Source of the DNA: Selaginella moellendorffii
Taxonomy: Eukaryota > Plantae > Lycopodiophyta
Direction of reading: 5' to 3'
DNA: 64,000 nt
Assembly: GCF_000143415.4 (NCBI RefSeq)
Contig: NW_003314460.1
Location: 4,369 to 68,368, forward strand
Shown here: piece after piece, positions 12,941 to 26,109 of the stretch
Numbering within the stretch: position 1 is the first letter of the stretch
How the letters are laid out: each line of letters begins with the position of its first letter
Notes under the pieces: model-generated
What the model saw: the letters and a program-made list of their open reading frames with translations, nothing else
What the model was told of the DNA's origin: nothing
Databases searched by the model: none
Position numbers and translations under genes: made by a program

Positions 12941-13660
12941 GTAGGAGGAATCAAAGAAGTTTAAGAAAGCGAAGCTCCATCCAAAGGAAGATATAATAGA
13001 ATATCATTATTTTTTAGAGTCTTTATAAGAAAAAATTTCTAAATCAATTTTAGTCTTCAACAATAGCATTTTCTACAACATCCATCTTACAACTGATATA
13101 AATCCCAGCTGAAAATATGTTTCCTTTTCAATAATTTTTATTAAAAATAGTTTTATATTTTATGTAGATAATGGTATTCTATAGTATTTAAAAAAGCCAA
13201 AAATTTCTTACAGTTAGAAGGAAGTAGTGGTTCTTGCAATATAAAATATATTTTAATTATTCATATATATATATAGTATTATATACCAAATGACAACGAG
13301 CCATTCTATATAGAACTAGCCCTAATCATCAGAACTGCTCACGAGAAACGAGAGTTGTTTGGTGTACCAGGCTTTGTCATTAAGGTGTGAGAACTGGATT
13401 CCACCGCTGTAAAAGGCAATATGCGCAATGGAGGAGAGATTGACAAACACTGTCCTTGGTCTCCTTCATTTTGTCCATGAGCAAGTTTGTGAGAAGAAAA
13501 TGGCCTAGACATCACAACAAGATAGAAAAGATACCTGAATAGATGTATACTCAGAAAATCATGGAAATCTTCTGATCAAGTTCGAATTTTTCCTCATACC
13601 TTGTAAAGTTCCATCACTTTGGAGGTGAGCTTGGAAGCATCATGCCAGGTATGGCGACTC

Positions 13661-13759
13661 GACTTTATGGTGTTGTCTGAGTCTCCTTTTGGACAGGGCA
13701 TGGGCATTTTTCCTTGAGTGGTTACGTTCATTGGTGGAAATATTGCCTTCATTTCTTAA
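13661..13759 (+). pseudogene. Amidohydrolase-3 (LAF3-like) C-terminal exon fragment, copy 1
   Basis: DFMVLSESPF...VVTFIGGNIAF*; resembles the GKxADFVVLS...TxVGG C-terminus of the family. Confidence 0.65.
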
Positions 13760-13804
13760 GGCGTTATTCCATAATTATTTTATCTTTTAAATATAGCATA
13801 TTTG

Positions 13805-14015
13805 CGAGAAGATTGGTGAGGACAAAGCAGCCAGAATCATCAAGCAGCTGGTAAAGACCTTCAAATAGATTTATTTGAGAGGTGTGGTTCACCAGGATCT
13901 CAAGCTAGACAACATTCTTTCCAAGCTAAACATGTGCGACAAAGTGGTGATCAGCACCTTTAGGAGATATCACAACAGCAAAGTACATGGCAGCTGAGGT
14001 GGTGGAAAACAAGGA
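13805..14015 (+). pseudogene. Ser/Thr protein kinase catalytic-loop fragment, copy 1
   Basis: EDKAARIIKQLV...RGVVHQDLKLDNIL...YMAAEVVENK (HRDLK and YMAPE derivatives); stops and deletions. Confidence 0.75.
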
Positions 14016-14539
14016 TTGGAGCTCTACATGGCAGCCTACTCTACTTTCTTACAGACAAAGCCATAAACTGTTTTTAAAAAAGCCATTTCTGAAGGAATAA
14101 GACAGCATTAAATAAACTGTTATGTATGTACGTGTTTATAGACACAACTTTGAAGCCATGAGCTTGGTTTGATTCGGTACATGATATTTGTACATTAACT
14201 CAGGGCATAGAAATGATTTCCGTGTTTGATTTTATTTAGTGTTTCGCTCTCTGTCGTAAAGGTATTAGGTAAAAAGCAAAAAAGTCCATATGTCATTCCA
14301 GAAGAGTTTTCTACAATATTCATCTTAAAATTAATATAAATCATAGTTGTAAATATTTCTTTGATAAATGTTTTAATAAATAGTTGGTATATTTGTGTTG
14401 TAAAAACATACTATATTTATATTACTCGAAACATTTATTAAATATTAATATATTTTTCTTTATATATTAATATGATATCTAATTAGATAGTATTAATTTT
14501 TATATTCTCTGAAATATAAGTATCAACAATGTATATTTT

Positions 14540-15327
14540 TAAATGTAAAACCAGACACATAATAAAAATTCTAATATTCTTTATTAAACTATGAAAGTTA
14601 GAGGCATCAGATAAAAACAATTTACCTCAATATGCAATCAAAATTATAATTTCCAAAAACTAACCTATTTTTTTTTTAGTATATATAATTCTTTGGTTTT
14701 GTGAAAAGTCAATTGCTTTTCAAGTACGGCAGAAATTTTGTAGATGTGTTTAGGTTTGTGTACCTTTTTATATAGGCAATAAAAGAATTTAAATTAAAAT
14801 TTAATGATGATTAAAAAATAATTTTATCTTCCCCAACACTTGCATTATTATCTAATTGCATTATTGTCCATTTATTTGGAGATTAATAGTAGTAAAATTA
14901 AGATAAACTAAAAAAAACATGCCAAGAGAAAGCAAAGAAAGAAATAGACTGAACAATTATAATTACATCTACATTTTTTCAAATTGAAAATATTCTCTAC
15001 TACTCCCAGCGTAGCTGGGATCCTTGCTGACTAAGTAGTTCTATAATGACTAGGTTGTCTATATAGAATGACTGTATATAAAGACAATGAGCCATTCTAT
15101 ACCAAAAATCCCTTTACCATGCCATCCCATTAAGTGCTCTTACCTCTAGAATGCCCAAATAATATACCAAATTGAACAATTTAAGAAATAGTGTTTTGTT
15201 GCAATCACTAAGTAAAAACTAAATAAACCCAAGTGCTTGTTACATATTGAACTTAAGCAAGTTTTAATAAATTTTTTATTTTAGAATTAGCCTCTAACTA
15301 TCCCAGCGGAGCTGGGTTCCCTGCTAG
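14540..15327 (+). mobile_element. Helitron-like AT-rich unit with two stacked 3'-end signals
   Basis: Family-B body 14540-14900; hairpin CCCAGC-GTA-GCTGGG at ~15005-15019; CCCAGC-GGA-GCTGGG at 15302-15316 followed by CTAG|T at 15324-15328. Confidence 0.7.
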
Positions 15328-15352
15328 TATAGTATAAGAAAATTGATAAACA

Positions 15353-15470
15353 GGACATGTACATGAAATGTGGAAGCCTGGTGGATTCTCAGCCAGCTTT
15401 GACAAGATGGCTTGCCAGAGCGCTGTGTCGTAGATGTTGCTGATGCTGGGATTGGCAAGAAGGTGGTCTT
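15353..15470 (+). pseudogene. Pentatricopeptide repeat (PLS-class) remnant
   Basis: DMYMKCGSLVDS./AFDKMACQSAVS*MLLMLGLA matches the MYxKCGSL..A...FD.M....VSW motif, with a frameshift and a stop. Confidence 0.7.
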
Positions 15471-15689
15471 TGGGGAACATTTGTCACTTGGGACGATCAC
15501 CACCAGTGTCTGGAGCTGTTTGTTTGTGATGGTTTTGCCATAAGCCTCTCCACGGTGCTCAAGTTGTGTGGGAGACTGGTGGATCTGTGGCTTGGAGAAG
15601 GAGAGGGTCACTCCCAGACGTGTAGAAAGCAATGCTGCCGTGTCAAACTTGGTAAAAGTTTTTGGAATCTGACTTTGTTCTTGTGTCAG

Positions 15690-17120
15690 GATTTCAGGAT
15701 AAATACAACACAGAGAATAGGCCTTGGCCTTGCTCTAGAGAGATCTACAAGGCACATAGTTAAATTCATCACATTTGTTTCTGTTATTTTCAACTGCACA
15801 TCAAGCCAGATGACTGCTCAGATAATTCAAATTCTCTGCTTGAGAAAGTTGTGATCGCAACAAACAAGTACTTCAAGCCACCTGGATTGCTGTCAATATT
15901 TGATCGTGAGTTAAAAGCTCTTGGATAGATTTCTTTCACCATTTTTTGCAGGGGCTGGCACTGAAACAAAGTGGCATTGACAAAGAGGCAGCCAATGACT
16001 TTACATGTGACTCAAGTTGTGTAGTTTATTATCTATAATACTAAGATATATGTGAAATATCAGCTACTCGAGCAACTTGGGGAAGATGAGTATGACACAT
16101 GTCTTGGAGCTTCCTCTTCATAGTGGCCACTTCCATCATTAGTAGTACGTGATGAGTGAGAGCGAATGAAATGCCTTTAAAAGAATAAACAGATTTATAT
16201 AACATATAATATGTATAAGATGGGCGTCTCTAGCAAAGCTCTCCAGTCGTACCTTGAAGCATTGTTGAAAAAAATGTAAAGAGTAAGACAAGCACCCAGA
16301 TGACCATTGTGTTTGTGGTGCCATATAACAAGAGGATCTACCTCCGGAACTAAGTGACTTGTGCAACCTTTCTGAGCCACCCAACTTTGACAACACTTGG
16401 GCCATAACAATCCTTTTCTAATGTTTTCTGATCAGACAAATTGAATCAAAGAACTTCTTGGATTCATGATTGAAGTTTAGACTATGACCCTTTCCAGGAG
16501 TAGTGACAACAGAAGTAAGTTGAGGATTTTTTTTTCTAGCTTCTTGAGTGTCAGAGATGGTTGCCAGAATCTGGTAATTGAACCTTTATTATTATAGATG
16601 TATACTCTTTCTTTTGGTTTTGAAGGTATTCTTAATCAACCTTGTTGCAAAGACTTATGAAGAGCTCATTGAAGTGCTAAAAGACTTACTGGTGATTAGA
16701 GGAGATGATCATTCAGCCGTATTCAAAGCATTCCTGAGTGTAAAAAAACACTGAGCTTTATCTGTACCAGCATTTTTAAATACATACTCTAACAAATTAA
16801 TTGTTCTTATTTTAAAATTCATTCTTGACTACATCTCATATTGTTCTCAGGAGGAAATTGCTCACTTGACCAGATCTGCATATGGAGATATTTCATAATA
16901 AAAACTCGTGAATGCAAAGTCATTCCTACAGTCCTCGATGTTCCTTGCTTAAATACGCAAGAAACAATTTTGGATGCTCTAAAAGCCTGGTTACGCTTCT
17001 TGATAGTTTCATGTTTCACTCACACCAAGTTTGTGCTCTGTGACTTGTCTTAATTCTTGGAATTATGTTGAGAAAAGATACGCTCATGGCAACATAAAGC
17101 AGCCTGTCTGGATCAGATTA
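15690..17120 (+). pseudogene. Decayed multi-exon gene remnant, unidentified
   Basis: Alternating exon-like and short T-rich intron-like blocks with stops; no family recognised. Confidence 0.3.
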
Positions 17121-17196
17121 GTTCTTCTTTTCGACTTTACTTTCTTATTCAGACAATGTCATGATCTGTTGTTAGAAGATATTTTTTATGGAATCA

Positions 17197-17520
17197 GACA
17201 GCATTAAAGAAACTGTTGTGCATGTGTGTGTCTATAGACATACCTTTGAAGCCATGAGATTTGTTTGATTCGGTACATGATATTTGCACATTAACTCAGG
17301 GCATAGAAATGATTTCCACTCACATGTGTGTATTTGATTTTATTTATTATTTTGCTCGTTCTTGTAAAGATTTTAGGTAACAAAAAAAAAAATGTCTATA
17401 TGTCATTTCAGATCACAAACCTAAGAACACTTAGAGGATTCATAAAGAAATGTGCAGGCAGAAAACAGTTCAGAAGAGTGACCTGCACATACAAGAAATC
17501 TCTATTCTATTATGCTATGC
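17197..17520 (+). repeat. Dispersed repeat block (also 14100-14300, 22947-23270; distal part diverged at 18165-18310)
   Basis: Shared gacagcattaaa...ttgaagccatgag...cggtacatgatatttg...aactcagggcatagaaatgatttc. Confidence 0.85.
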
Positions 17521-18669
17521 AAGACATATGATATGTGGTCTGTGACACCCTGGATTTCCTGGAAGTTCATGTTATAAAAAAGGAGAATGTAAAATATCTG
17601 AATATTTCTTTTCTTCTAAATGTTCTTTCTTCTTTGGTAGAGTTCTTTTCTCAAACTATTATCGTCAGTAACATCATTCACGGAAACAATGGGATGGAAA
17701 CCACAAAAAATGCATATTCAAACCGGAGGAAATGGTTGACTGTGGCTGTGTCCGAGAAGTGGCTATATGAGCCGAAAACTCAGAAAAGAAACTCGCAAAG
17801 AAAGAGAATCATGTGTTAAAAAAAAAGGCTGGATGATGAATCCTGGCAGAGCTTTCTCCAGAAAAGCATCCAATCAAGTTTCAAGGGTTCTTTTGAGTGT
17901 GGTGTTTCATTTTCAGGACAATGGAAAAGCCTCCACAGAAAGTTCTTTCACTGCAATCCACAACTCTAAACAGCTTGTTGAAGCTTTAGAGGACCACTGA
18001 GAAAGATGATGCTCAACTTGGCGGTTGATCATTGCTCCCGCCTGAATTATGGCAAGAAAGCAGGGACCAAGTGGCTTGACAATCACCACTCGCAAAACAT
18101 ACACGAGTTTGAGATGGAGATTGTACGGTTATACAAAAACAATTTGTCTGCACGTCATTCCAATTCACAAACCTAAGAAAACTAGAACATTCATTGTGGA
18201 TTTTACATCAAGAAATGTGCAAGAAGAAACAATCCAGAAGAGTGACCTGCAAAAACAAGGAATCTCTATATTCTATTGTGCTATTGCTATGTTTTCTTGA
18301 ATACAAAGAAACAACATCTTACCAATAAGAAACATTTTCTTGCCATAATGATCTACAGCAGATCTATCACCTATCTATGCTACTGAAATCTAGAGAACTT
18401 GCACTAGCTTATGAACAATGGAAATATAAATTTGGAATTCTGGGAATGGGTAGCAAGAGAAAATAAAAAAATGTGGATGTCATTAGGTGATGTGATTGTA
18501 CAAGATGTTAATATAATGCAAAAACACATAAAAAATATGTTAAAGTAGAATATAAAGAAAATAGTGTCTATTAAAATATGATATATTCTAACTTAAAATA
18601 GAGGAGTTATTATGTCTAACTGTTGTGTAAAATATTTTTTTTATCAATAATCTTATGGTACTTTTTAAT

Positions 18670-20033
18670 ACTAACATATATGAAATTAAACACATTGAGT
18701 TGTCAATTGGCTAAGATATAGTCTAAGATTTATATGATATCATAAATTTTCTAAACTTTATCTTATATTGCATTTATACATGAAAAACATAATAAGATAT
18801 AAATATGATTGAAACAACATTAGTACATGGACCATATATCATCAACTGAAATTTAATTGTATCTATTTTGTGAATTTTCTTTGGATCCATCCTATAGAAA
18901 GTATGAAATATTTTAGAATTTTTAACGTTTAAAGAATTATATGTAATTGCAAGCTTTCAAAATATATGAATATAAATATTAGGCAAAAAGGAATATCAAA
19001 GATAAATATGTAAAATATTAAGAGTTCTTATCATTGTTGAAGAAATAACCCACCATCCCAAAGAATAATAAATTATTCACTATTAACAACAACCAAGCAA
19101 AACTCTTAATGAGAACAATCAACTATCACAAATGATAGTAGAGTTCTAGCATAAAGAAAAAAATTATATATCAATAAACCTTACTCTACCCCACTTTATA
19201 GTAAAACTTCACAAGTCATTTATCATTATAAAATTTCAGCATTTATAACATTGTTATAAAGTGTTAATTTTAAATATAAATACATGAATATAGAAAATAA
19301 TAATGTTATTTCAGATTAGCATTCTCTCTAAATAAAATTTAAAAAAATAATGTATGATATATAATAGAATACCTCTAATTTTAAATATTACTCTCAAAAT
19401 ACATGAATATAAATATTAGGCACAAAGGGAATATCAAAGATAAATATGTAAATATTTAAAGTTCTTAGAATAAAATATAAAACATATAAAGGTAACAATT
19501 TTCATTTAGTGTTATGCAATTCCAAAACTTTCAGTCTGAAAAGATGAAAAACTAAACTCCATAATAATGTTTATATTTTTTAAATTTACAAGATGTATAT
19601 TTAAGTGAGTTAAATATATATTTTAACATAATTGAAAAAATTTAATAGAATATTTATAATAATTTTTATTAATTATATAGAGAATTCAAATAAAATAAAA
19701 AATTAGTTACCAAATCTCAATCTCTAAATGACTCATCTGGCCATGGGTTCCCACAATGAGCAAGTCCATTTATAGAAGATCCAAAACTTCACTTAGCAAT
19801 TAGAGTTTTAAATGTAATATAATGTTATGAGTTATATTTATTATGTTATGATATGTGTTGGTGATAAAGTCAATTGTAGAAGTGATTTTTAATATAAATA
19901 TTATATTATGTTTAACTATGTATCTTATAATTATGATTATGTTAAAATTTATAATTACGATTACAACTCTTTGAAATTATTAAAACATCATGAATAAATA
20001 TGATGCTCCCAGCGTAGCTGGGACTTTTGCTAG
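18670..20033 (+). mobile_element. Non-autonomous Helitron-like unit, family A
   Basis: Ends CCCAGC-GTA-GCTGGG (20008-20022), acttttg, CTAG (20030-20033) then T, the canonical Helitron 3' terminus. Confidence 0.8.
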
Positions 20034-20040
20034 TCATCAT

Positions 20041-20297
20041 GCTCCCTTATTTAAATGTGCTATTGGCATATGGCATCTGGTGTCTTTTATTCCATTTTTA
20101 GAATATTATTTCTGAATATACTTATAATCTAACGGTTCAAATTCAAAAACTTCAAATAGATGGCATAGATCAAGTGCCAAAGGAGTGGCAACTCTTCAAT
20201 TTTGATTTTAATGACGCTCCAAATCAAGTGAAATCTTTTAGGGCGATCGAGCAGATTGTGAGCTCTGTGTGTGTGTGTGCCTCTGTGTGTGTGTGTG
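20041..20297 (+). promoter_or_regulatory. Recurrent promoter-like cassette, copy 2, plus (TG)n
   Basis: TCTAACGGTT at 20128-20137; same sequence as the other copies. Confidence 0.5.
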
Positions 20298-20424
20298 TTT
20301 GATGAGGTCTTCATTGCAGAGCACCTCAGAGCTACAGTCAGCTGTACGTGAAGATCTGAAGCTGCCACCAGTTCAAAAGCTCAGGAAACCGTTGTCAATG
20401 GCCACGCGCCAGAAAATGACAATC

Positions 20425-21227
20425 TTTTTTCGAGTCTCTCAAGTCCCTGTTTGTTCCAGGTTCTCGAGGCTGGAACCACGACTAGAATCAAGGTTTTTCA
20501 CTCTCTTGCTCTTTGCTATTCTCTTTCGAGGCTTAAAGTTCCTGTTTGTTCCAGGTGCTCAAGGCTGGAACCAAGAGAAAAAAAAAAAAATTTCGCCCAT
20601 GGTTCACTTCAGTGGCTATGGCTGGGACGAGTGCCAGACCAACGATGTGCACGTCTTCGACTTCGGTATAAGTTTCCTCTTCTGGGTTTTCCGGAAAAAA
20701 TGGTTTTGATCATGTTTTTGGTGGGATCACGCAGGGATGTACACCTGGAGCAAGCCTGTGATAAAAGGAACGCACCCTTCTCCTCGGGACAGCCACAGCT
20801 CCACGGCCGTCGGGTCTAAGCTCTATTTTTTCGAGTCTCTCAAGTCCCTGTTTGTTCCAGGTTCTCAGAGGCTGGAACCACGACTAGAATCAAGGTTTTT
20901 CACTCTCTTGCTCTTTGCTATTCTCTTTCGAGGCTTAAAGTTCCTGTTTGTTCCAGGTGCTCAAGGCTGGAACCAAGAGAAAAAAAAGAAATTTTCGCCC
21001 ATGGTTCACTTCAGTGGCTACGGGTGGGATGAGTGCCAGACCAACGATGTGCACGTCTTCGACTTTGGTATAAGTTTCCTCTTCTGGGTTTTCCGGAAAA
21101 AATGGTTTTAATCATGTTTTTGGTGGGACCGCGCAGGGATGTACACCTGGAGCAAGCCTGTGATAAAAGGAACGCACCCTTCTCCTCAGGACAGCCACAG
21201 CTCCACGGCCGTCGGGTCTAAGCTCTA
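20425..21227 (+). repeat. ~401-402-bp tandem duplication covering the 5' part of Kelch copy 2
   Basis: Both units start ttttcgagtctctcaagtccc and end gggtctaagctcta. Confidence 0.9.
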
Positions 21228-22390
21228 TGTGTTTGGTGATACCAATGGAACCAGCCCGCTTGACGATCTCTTTGTTTTGGATAATGGTAAGCTCCGAGTT
21301 CTATCGATTTTTTTTTCTCGTTCTTATCATCCGATGCAGCTACCAACACCTTGGGGAAACCTGACGTTTTTGGTCCGAGAGAAGGACATAGCGCGTCTCT
21401 CATGGTGACAACCTGTTCGTGTTTGGGGGATGTGAGAAATCCAGCGATCCCTCCTCCATGTTTTGGACACGAGTAATATCCTGTTATCTTTCCTTGTTTT
21501 CTTCTAAATTTTTTTTATCCCTGTAGATACTTTTGTCTGGAAGAAGATTTCTACCACTGGAGTCTCGCCTATTCCTCAGGATAGCCATACCTGCTCTTCC
21601 TATAAGAACTGTTTCGTTGTCAAGGACAGTGGTAATCCAGAAACAATGGCATGGCGGGAGGTAAAGACGACTGGTGCCAAGCTGATGCCAAGAGCCGGGC
21701 ATACAACAATCAGCCATGGAAAGTATCTCGCTTGTAGGTAGATTTGTTTCCTGTTGGTCTCTCATGGGGCTTTTACGTATTTTGCAGCGACTGGTGTTTG
21801 GGCGACTTCGAATCCCTCTGGTTCTAGGCCTGCTCCACGTTTCTCCCTTGCAGGAGATTCTGTGGACGCAGAGCGAGGCATATTATTCGTCTATGAGGGA
21901 TGTAACAAAGAGCTTGAAGCTCTGGATGACATGTATTTCCTCGACACAGGTTGGCTTCTTCTTTTATTGACATTGCTGCCATTCTTGACAATATGGTTGC
22001 CGTTTTTCTGTGAAGAGATGCTGAGGGAGAAAGATCCATCAGAACCAAAGCTATCCATGCGTAAGGAACTTAAGAGAAGGTGGCAAAGAGTATCGTGCCA
22101 TGCCATTCATGCTAGACAAGCAACGGGGATGCGGACAAGAGCTTGGTTTCATCTCACGGAGGTATCTGCGGAAAACCTTGGACCTCTCCAATTTTTCCCT
22201 GTCAAACTCATGCTACAGAGTTTCAAGCTCACGTTCAGCCACTAGGCAAGAAGATGTTCGAGGCTAGAGAAAGCGACGTATTCAACTACGGATACATGCT
22301 AGAAGCCTCCATCGATGGGAAACTCTTCCGTGGGCTGCTCTTCTTGTACAAGCCTGGCTTTGCTCAGGCAGTGCAAACTTACATGGCAAG
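20600..22390 (+). pseudogene. Kelch-repeat gene, copy 2 (5' truncated, multiple internal deletions)
   Basis: FSGYGWDECQTNDVHVFD, YTWSKPVIKGTHPSPRDSHSSTAVGSKLYVFG, GCNKELEALDDMYFLDT, FEARESDVFNYGYMLEASIDGKLFRGLLF. Confidence 0.9.
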
Positions 22391-22514
22391 GTTTGTTTCG
22401 TTTGATCCTCAGTTACTCTCTAATGCCAGGAAGGAAAACATCACAGGAGGAAACCACAGGACGTCCAAAAGGCCGTAGTAAAGGCCAAACCGTGTGTATG
22501 CAGCTGCATTGGGT

Positions 22515-22860
22515 TGCTGATGCAAGGAAAGTTTGCCGACTTTGTGGTGTTGTCCGAGTCTCCTTTTGGACAGGGCTTTTCCTCAAGTGGTTACATTCGT
22601 TGGTGGAAATATTGCCTCCCTTTCTTAAGGCGTTATTCCATAATTATTTGGTCTTTTAAATATAGCATATTTGCGAGAAGATTAATCATCAAGCAGCTGG
22701 TAAAGACCTTCAAATAGATTTATTTGAGGGGCGTGGTTCACCAGGATCTCAAGCTTGACAACATCCTTTCCAAGCTAAACATGCACGACAAAGTGGTGAG
22801 CACCTTTAGGAGATATCACCACAGCGAAGTACATGGCAGCTGAGGTGGTGGAGAACAAGG
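22515..22860 (+). pseudogene. LAF3-like amidohydrolase C-terminus fused to kinase fragment, copy 2
   Basis: GKFADFVVLSESPF followed by VVHQDLKLDNIL; block 22538-23146 duplicates 13661-14303. Confidence 0.75.
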
Positions 22861-25569
22861 ATTGGAGCTCTACATGGCAGCCTACTCTACTTTCTTACAG
22901 ACAAAGCCATGAACTGTTTTTAAAAAAGCCATTTCTAAAGGAATAAGACAGCATTAAATAAACTGTTGTGTATGTACGTGTTTATAGACACAACTTTGAA
23001 GCCATGAGCTTGGTTTGATTCGGTACATGATATTTGTACATTAACTCAGGGCATAGAAATGATTTCTGTGTTTGATTTTATTTAGTGTTTTGCTCTCTCT
23101 CGTAAAGGTTTTAGGTAAAAAACAAAATGTCTATATGTCATTCCAGATCACGATCCTAAAAAACGCTTAAAACATTCAAAAGGAAGCGTGCAGGCAGAAA
23201 ACAGTTCAGAAGAGTGACCTGCACATACAAGAATCTCTATTCTATTGTGCTATTGCTATGTTTGCTTGAATATAAAACAGAAAAAAAACCAAAAAAACTT
23301 ATCGATAAGAAACTGCATCGTTGCATGACGAGCTAAACAGAACTAACACCTACCAAAGCTATTCTACTTTGCTGAAACTACTAGCCTATTATACAAATTG
23401 AAATAACTAGCTGGAAATGGGACACAAAAGAAAGCATAAAACTATCGATGCCATTTTAGAAGGGGATGTAATTGTAGCAAATGCTACTGGAAATCAAGAA
23501 CTCATACCGTTTACCACTAATGTGGAGATTTGTTTGGAAACTAATATGGGCAAAAACAATGCTTGCAGAATATGATGTTATGCCAACTGGCAACACCCAT
23601 GGATTTGTCAAAAATTGCAGCATTAAGATCGACAAGATGTGAAGGAGTGGTGTAAAAAAGAGTGCTCTCGGCCTTGAGAACGACTTGGGCATGAAGAAAG
23701 TTCGAGCGGCATAAAAGAAAATGCCAGCAGCAAGTTCCTATTTCCTTTTCACCATTTCTAACTTCATTTGCTTGCGTTTTTCTTTTTTGATGAAAACAAG
23801 TTGGAATGAAAAGGAAAGCAAGGGAGTTGAAATGTAAAGAAAGAATTGTAAAACGTTTATTGATATATAAATAAAGACCAAAGTTGAATCGAGATCTTTC
23901 ACTAATCATCCAATATATTTAAACTAAAGAGCCTCATTGATCATTGCAGTAGGTGGCCCTAATTATTTTAATCTATATATATAAATTTAATATAATATTG
24001 GAAGTTTCAAACCAAATAATGAAAAATATGAACCTTATTCACAATGAAATATTTTAGAATACTGCTAAAGAAACGGAAATAAAAATCAAAAAACAAACAT
24101 AATTATAAATGCAATGAGCAACTAATGGGTGGTCTTGATAAATTATTAAAAGAGATAAATCCCTATGCTAATGCATTCAAAAAATGGTAAGAAATAGAGA
24201 ATGAAGAGTTAAATTCAACAAATATTCAAGGAGGCATAAGTGATATTGTAATACATATAAAAGGCAATTGGACAACTGATCCAAGATGATATAATGCACT
24301 AGGTTCAAATGATTTTAAACATTTAGTTGTACAAAGATGGTATTCATTGATGAAGTTTTTTATTATGTCTACTATATATGATATTTTTAAAACAAAAAAT
24401 ATGTTCAAAAATATATAGAATCAATGAAAGACTCTTTCTTCTAGAACAAAAACTTTATAGAACAAAGAGTATCTGATGAATTCAAAAGTTAAAAGTAAAT
24501 AAAGTAGTGACTATAGAAATGATATATTTTATAACTTAAAATAGAAGAGTTGTAAATAAGTTATACTTTTATCATAATCTTATGATTTATAACTTTATGA
24601 TATTGCATAAATATGAGACTATATCTGAGTTCATAGAAAACTCAATATGAGTAGATTCATTGATGAATATCTAATAAGTTTGTTATTTACACTAATAATT
24701 TTTCCATTGATACATGGAAAACAGATAACTAAAATATCATTGAGACAACATTAGACACAATACAAAAGGCTACCATCTTAAAAAATGTGATTCATCATCA
24801 CTTAAAATTTTATTATTAATAAAGCAATCTATGGACCATTTTTTCATTTTCTGATATGTTATGGTTTTAGGAAAAAAAAATATTATGAATCATCAATACC
24901 ATAATATCAGGATAAAAACTTACCTTTCATTGAAAGATTTTAGCCTCATTGTAAATTTATATAAAAATAAATTAAACATAAATGTAATAATCTTAATTCA
25001 TTGTAGCATTCTCTCTATATAAAAACATATACAGAAAGAATCTTAATAATATAAAATATAATACTTTAAATTTTAGATAGTACTTCTAAAAATTATGATA
25101 TTTTGAAGGGATAGGATATCGAATACAAATATGGAAAAAAATTCTAAAATAAAAATATAATGTAATTTTAGAGAATAAGTTTAAATTAATTTTAAAAATA
25201 CTAAATACAATAAAGACAAAATAAAATATCTAAATTAAAATATAAATAAAATATTTTCTATAAAAATATGATATTTTATAACTTAAAATAGAGGAGTTAA
25301 TATCTCTAAATATCTGTTGTGTAAAATATTTTCTTATTAGTCAAAGTATGTTATTTTACTTTTACTTTTAATTACATCTCTTTCCAGGTAAGATCTTGTG
25401 CTGATACTAAATTTAATTTCCCAAAAAATATGTAGTTGAGGATGCCTGAAATTAACAGTGATTTATGCCTGAAAGTAGCAGAAATTTTCTAAGAAAATTT
25501 GAGGATTCTAATCAATAAGTATAAGCTGCATGGTAAACTCTAAGTGAACTTGCAAGAAAAAGAAATGCA

Positions 25570-26011
25570 GTACCAAATGAAATGCTCCAAGGTTCCTCTA
25601 AGCCGACAGGTTAAATGTATAATTTTCAATCTGGCTGATAAATTCTATAATCTTTTTGTGTGTGTTATTTAAATACTGACTTATTGTGACTCTTTTGCCA
25701 TGAAGAACACATAAATTGATGGCTTCAAAGAGTTGAACAAGGTAGTCCTCAGTAGCCTGTTGCTCCTTTGATGGAACACTTTGCATGACAGTTGGAACAT
25801 GATGATTTTGATCCTTTTATGTCAAACTGGTCTTTTCAAATACTAATAACAATTTTTCCATAGACTAATATTACTTTTATTCTATAAAGTCTAATCTACA
25901 GCAATTCTTCATGCAATTCTTCATGGATCAATTCCTACTCTATTAACTGCAAAGGAAAGCCGCACCTGATCTTCACCCTAGCTTTCTTGGTGTTGATTTT
26001 CTTCTGACCAT
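25570..26011 (-). pseudogene. Histone H3-family (CENH3-like) pseudogene fragments
   Basis: MVRRKSTPRKLG* (ATG at 26011); QQATEDYLVQLFEAINLCVLHGKRVTI, short intron, then LKIIHLTCRLRG. Middle exons absent. Confidence 0.7.
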
Positions 26012-26109
26012 GACAACCCCCCTCTTGCTCTTGCAATTCCTAGCACTGCCTACCTCTTATTATTTATCTCTTATTATTAAAATATTTTCTTATTAGTAAT
26101 CTTATGTTA

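Noticed and set aside
20454-20486. GTTCCAG...CTGGAAC hairpin followed by CTAG as a Helitron end
   Set aside because: The CTAG is the orphan gene's stop-codon region joined by a local duplication, is followed by A not T, and the stem differs from the other ends.
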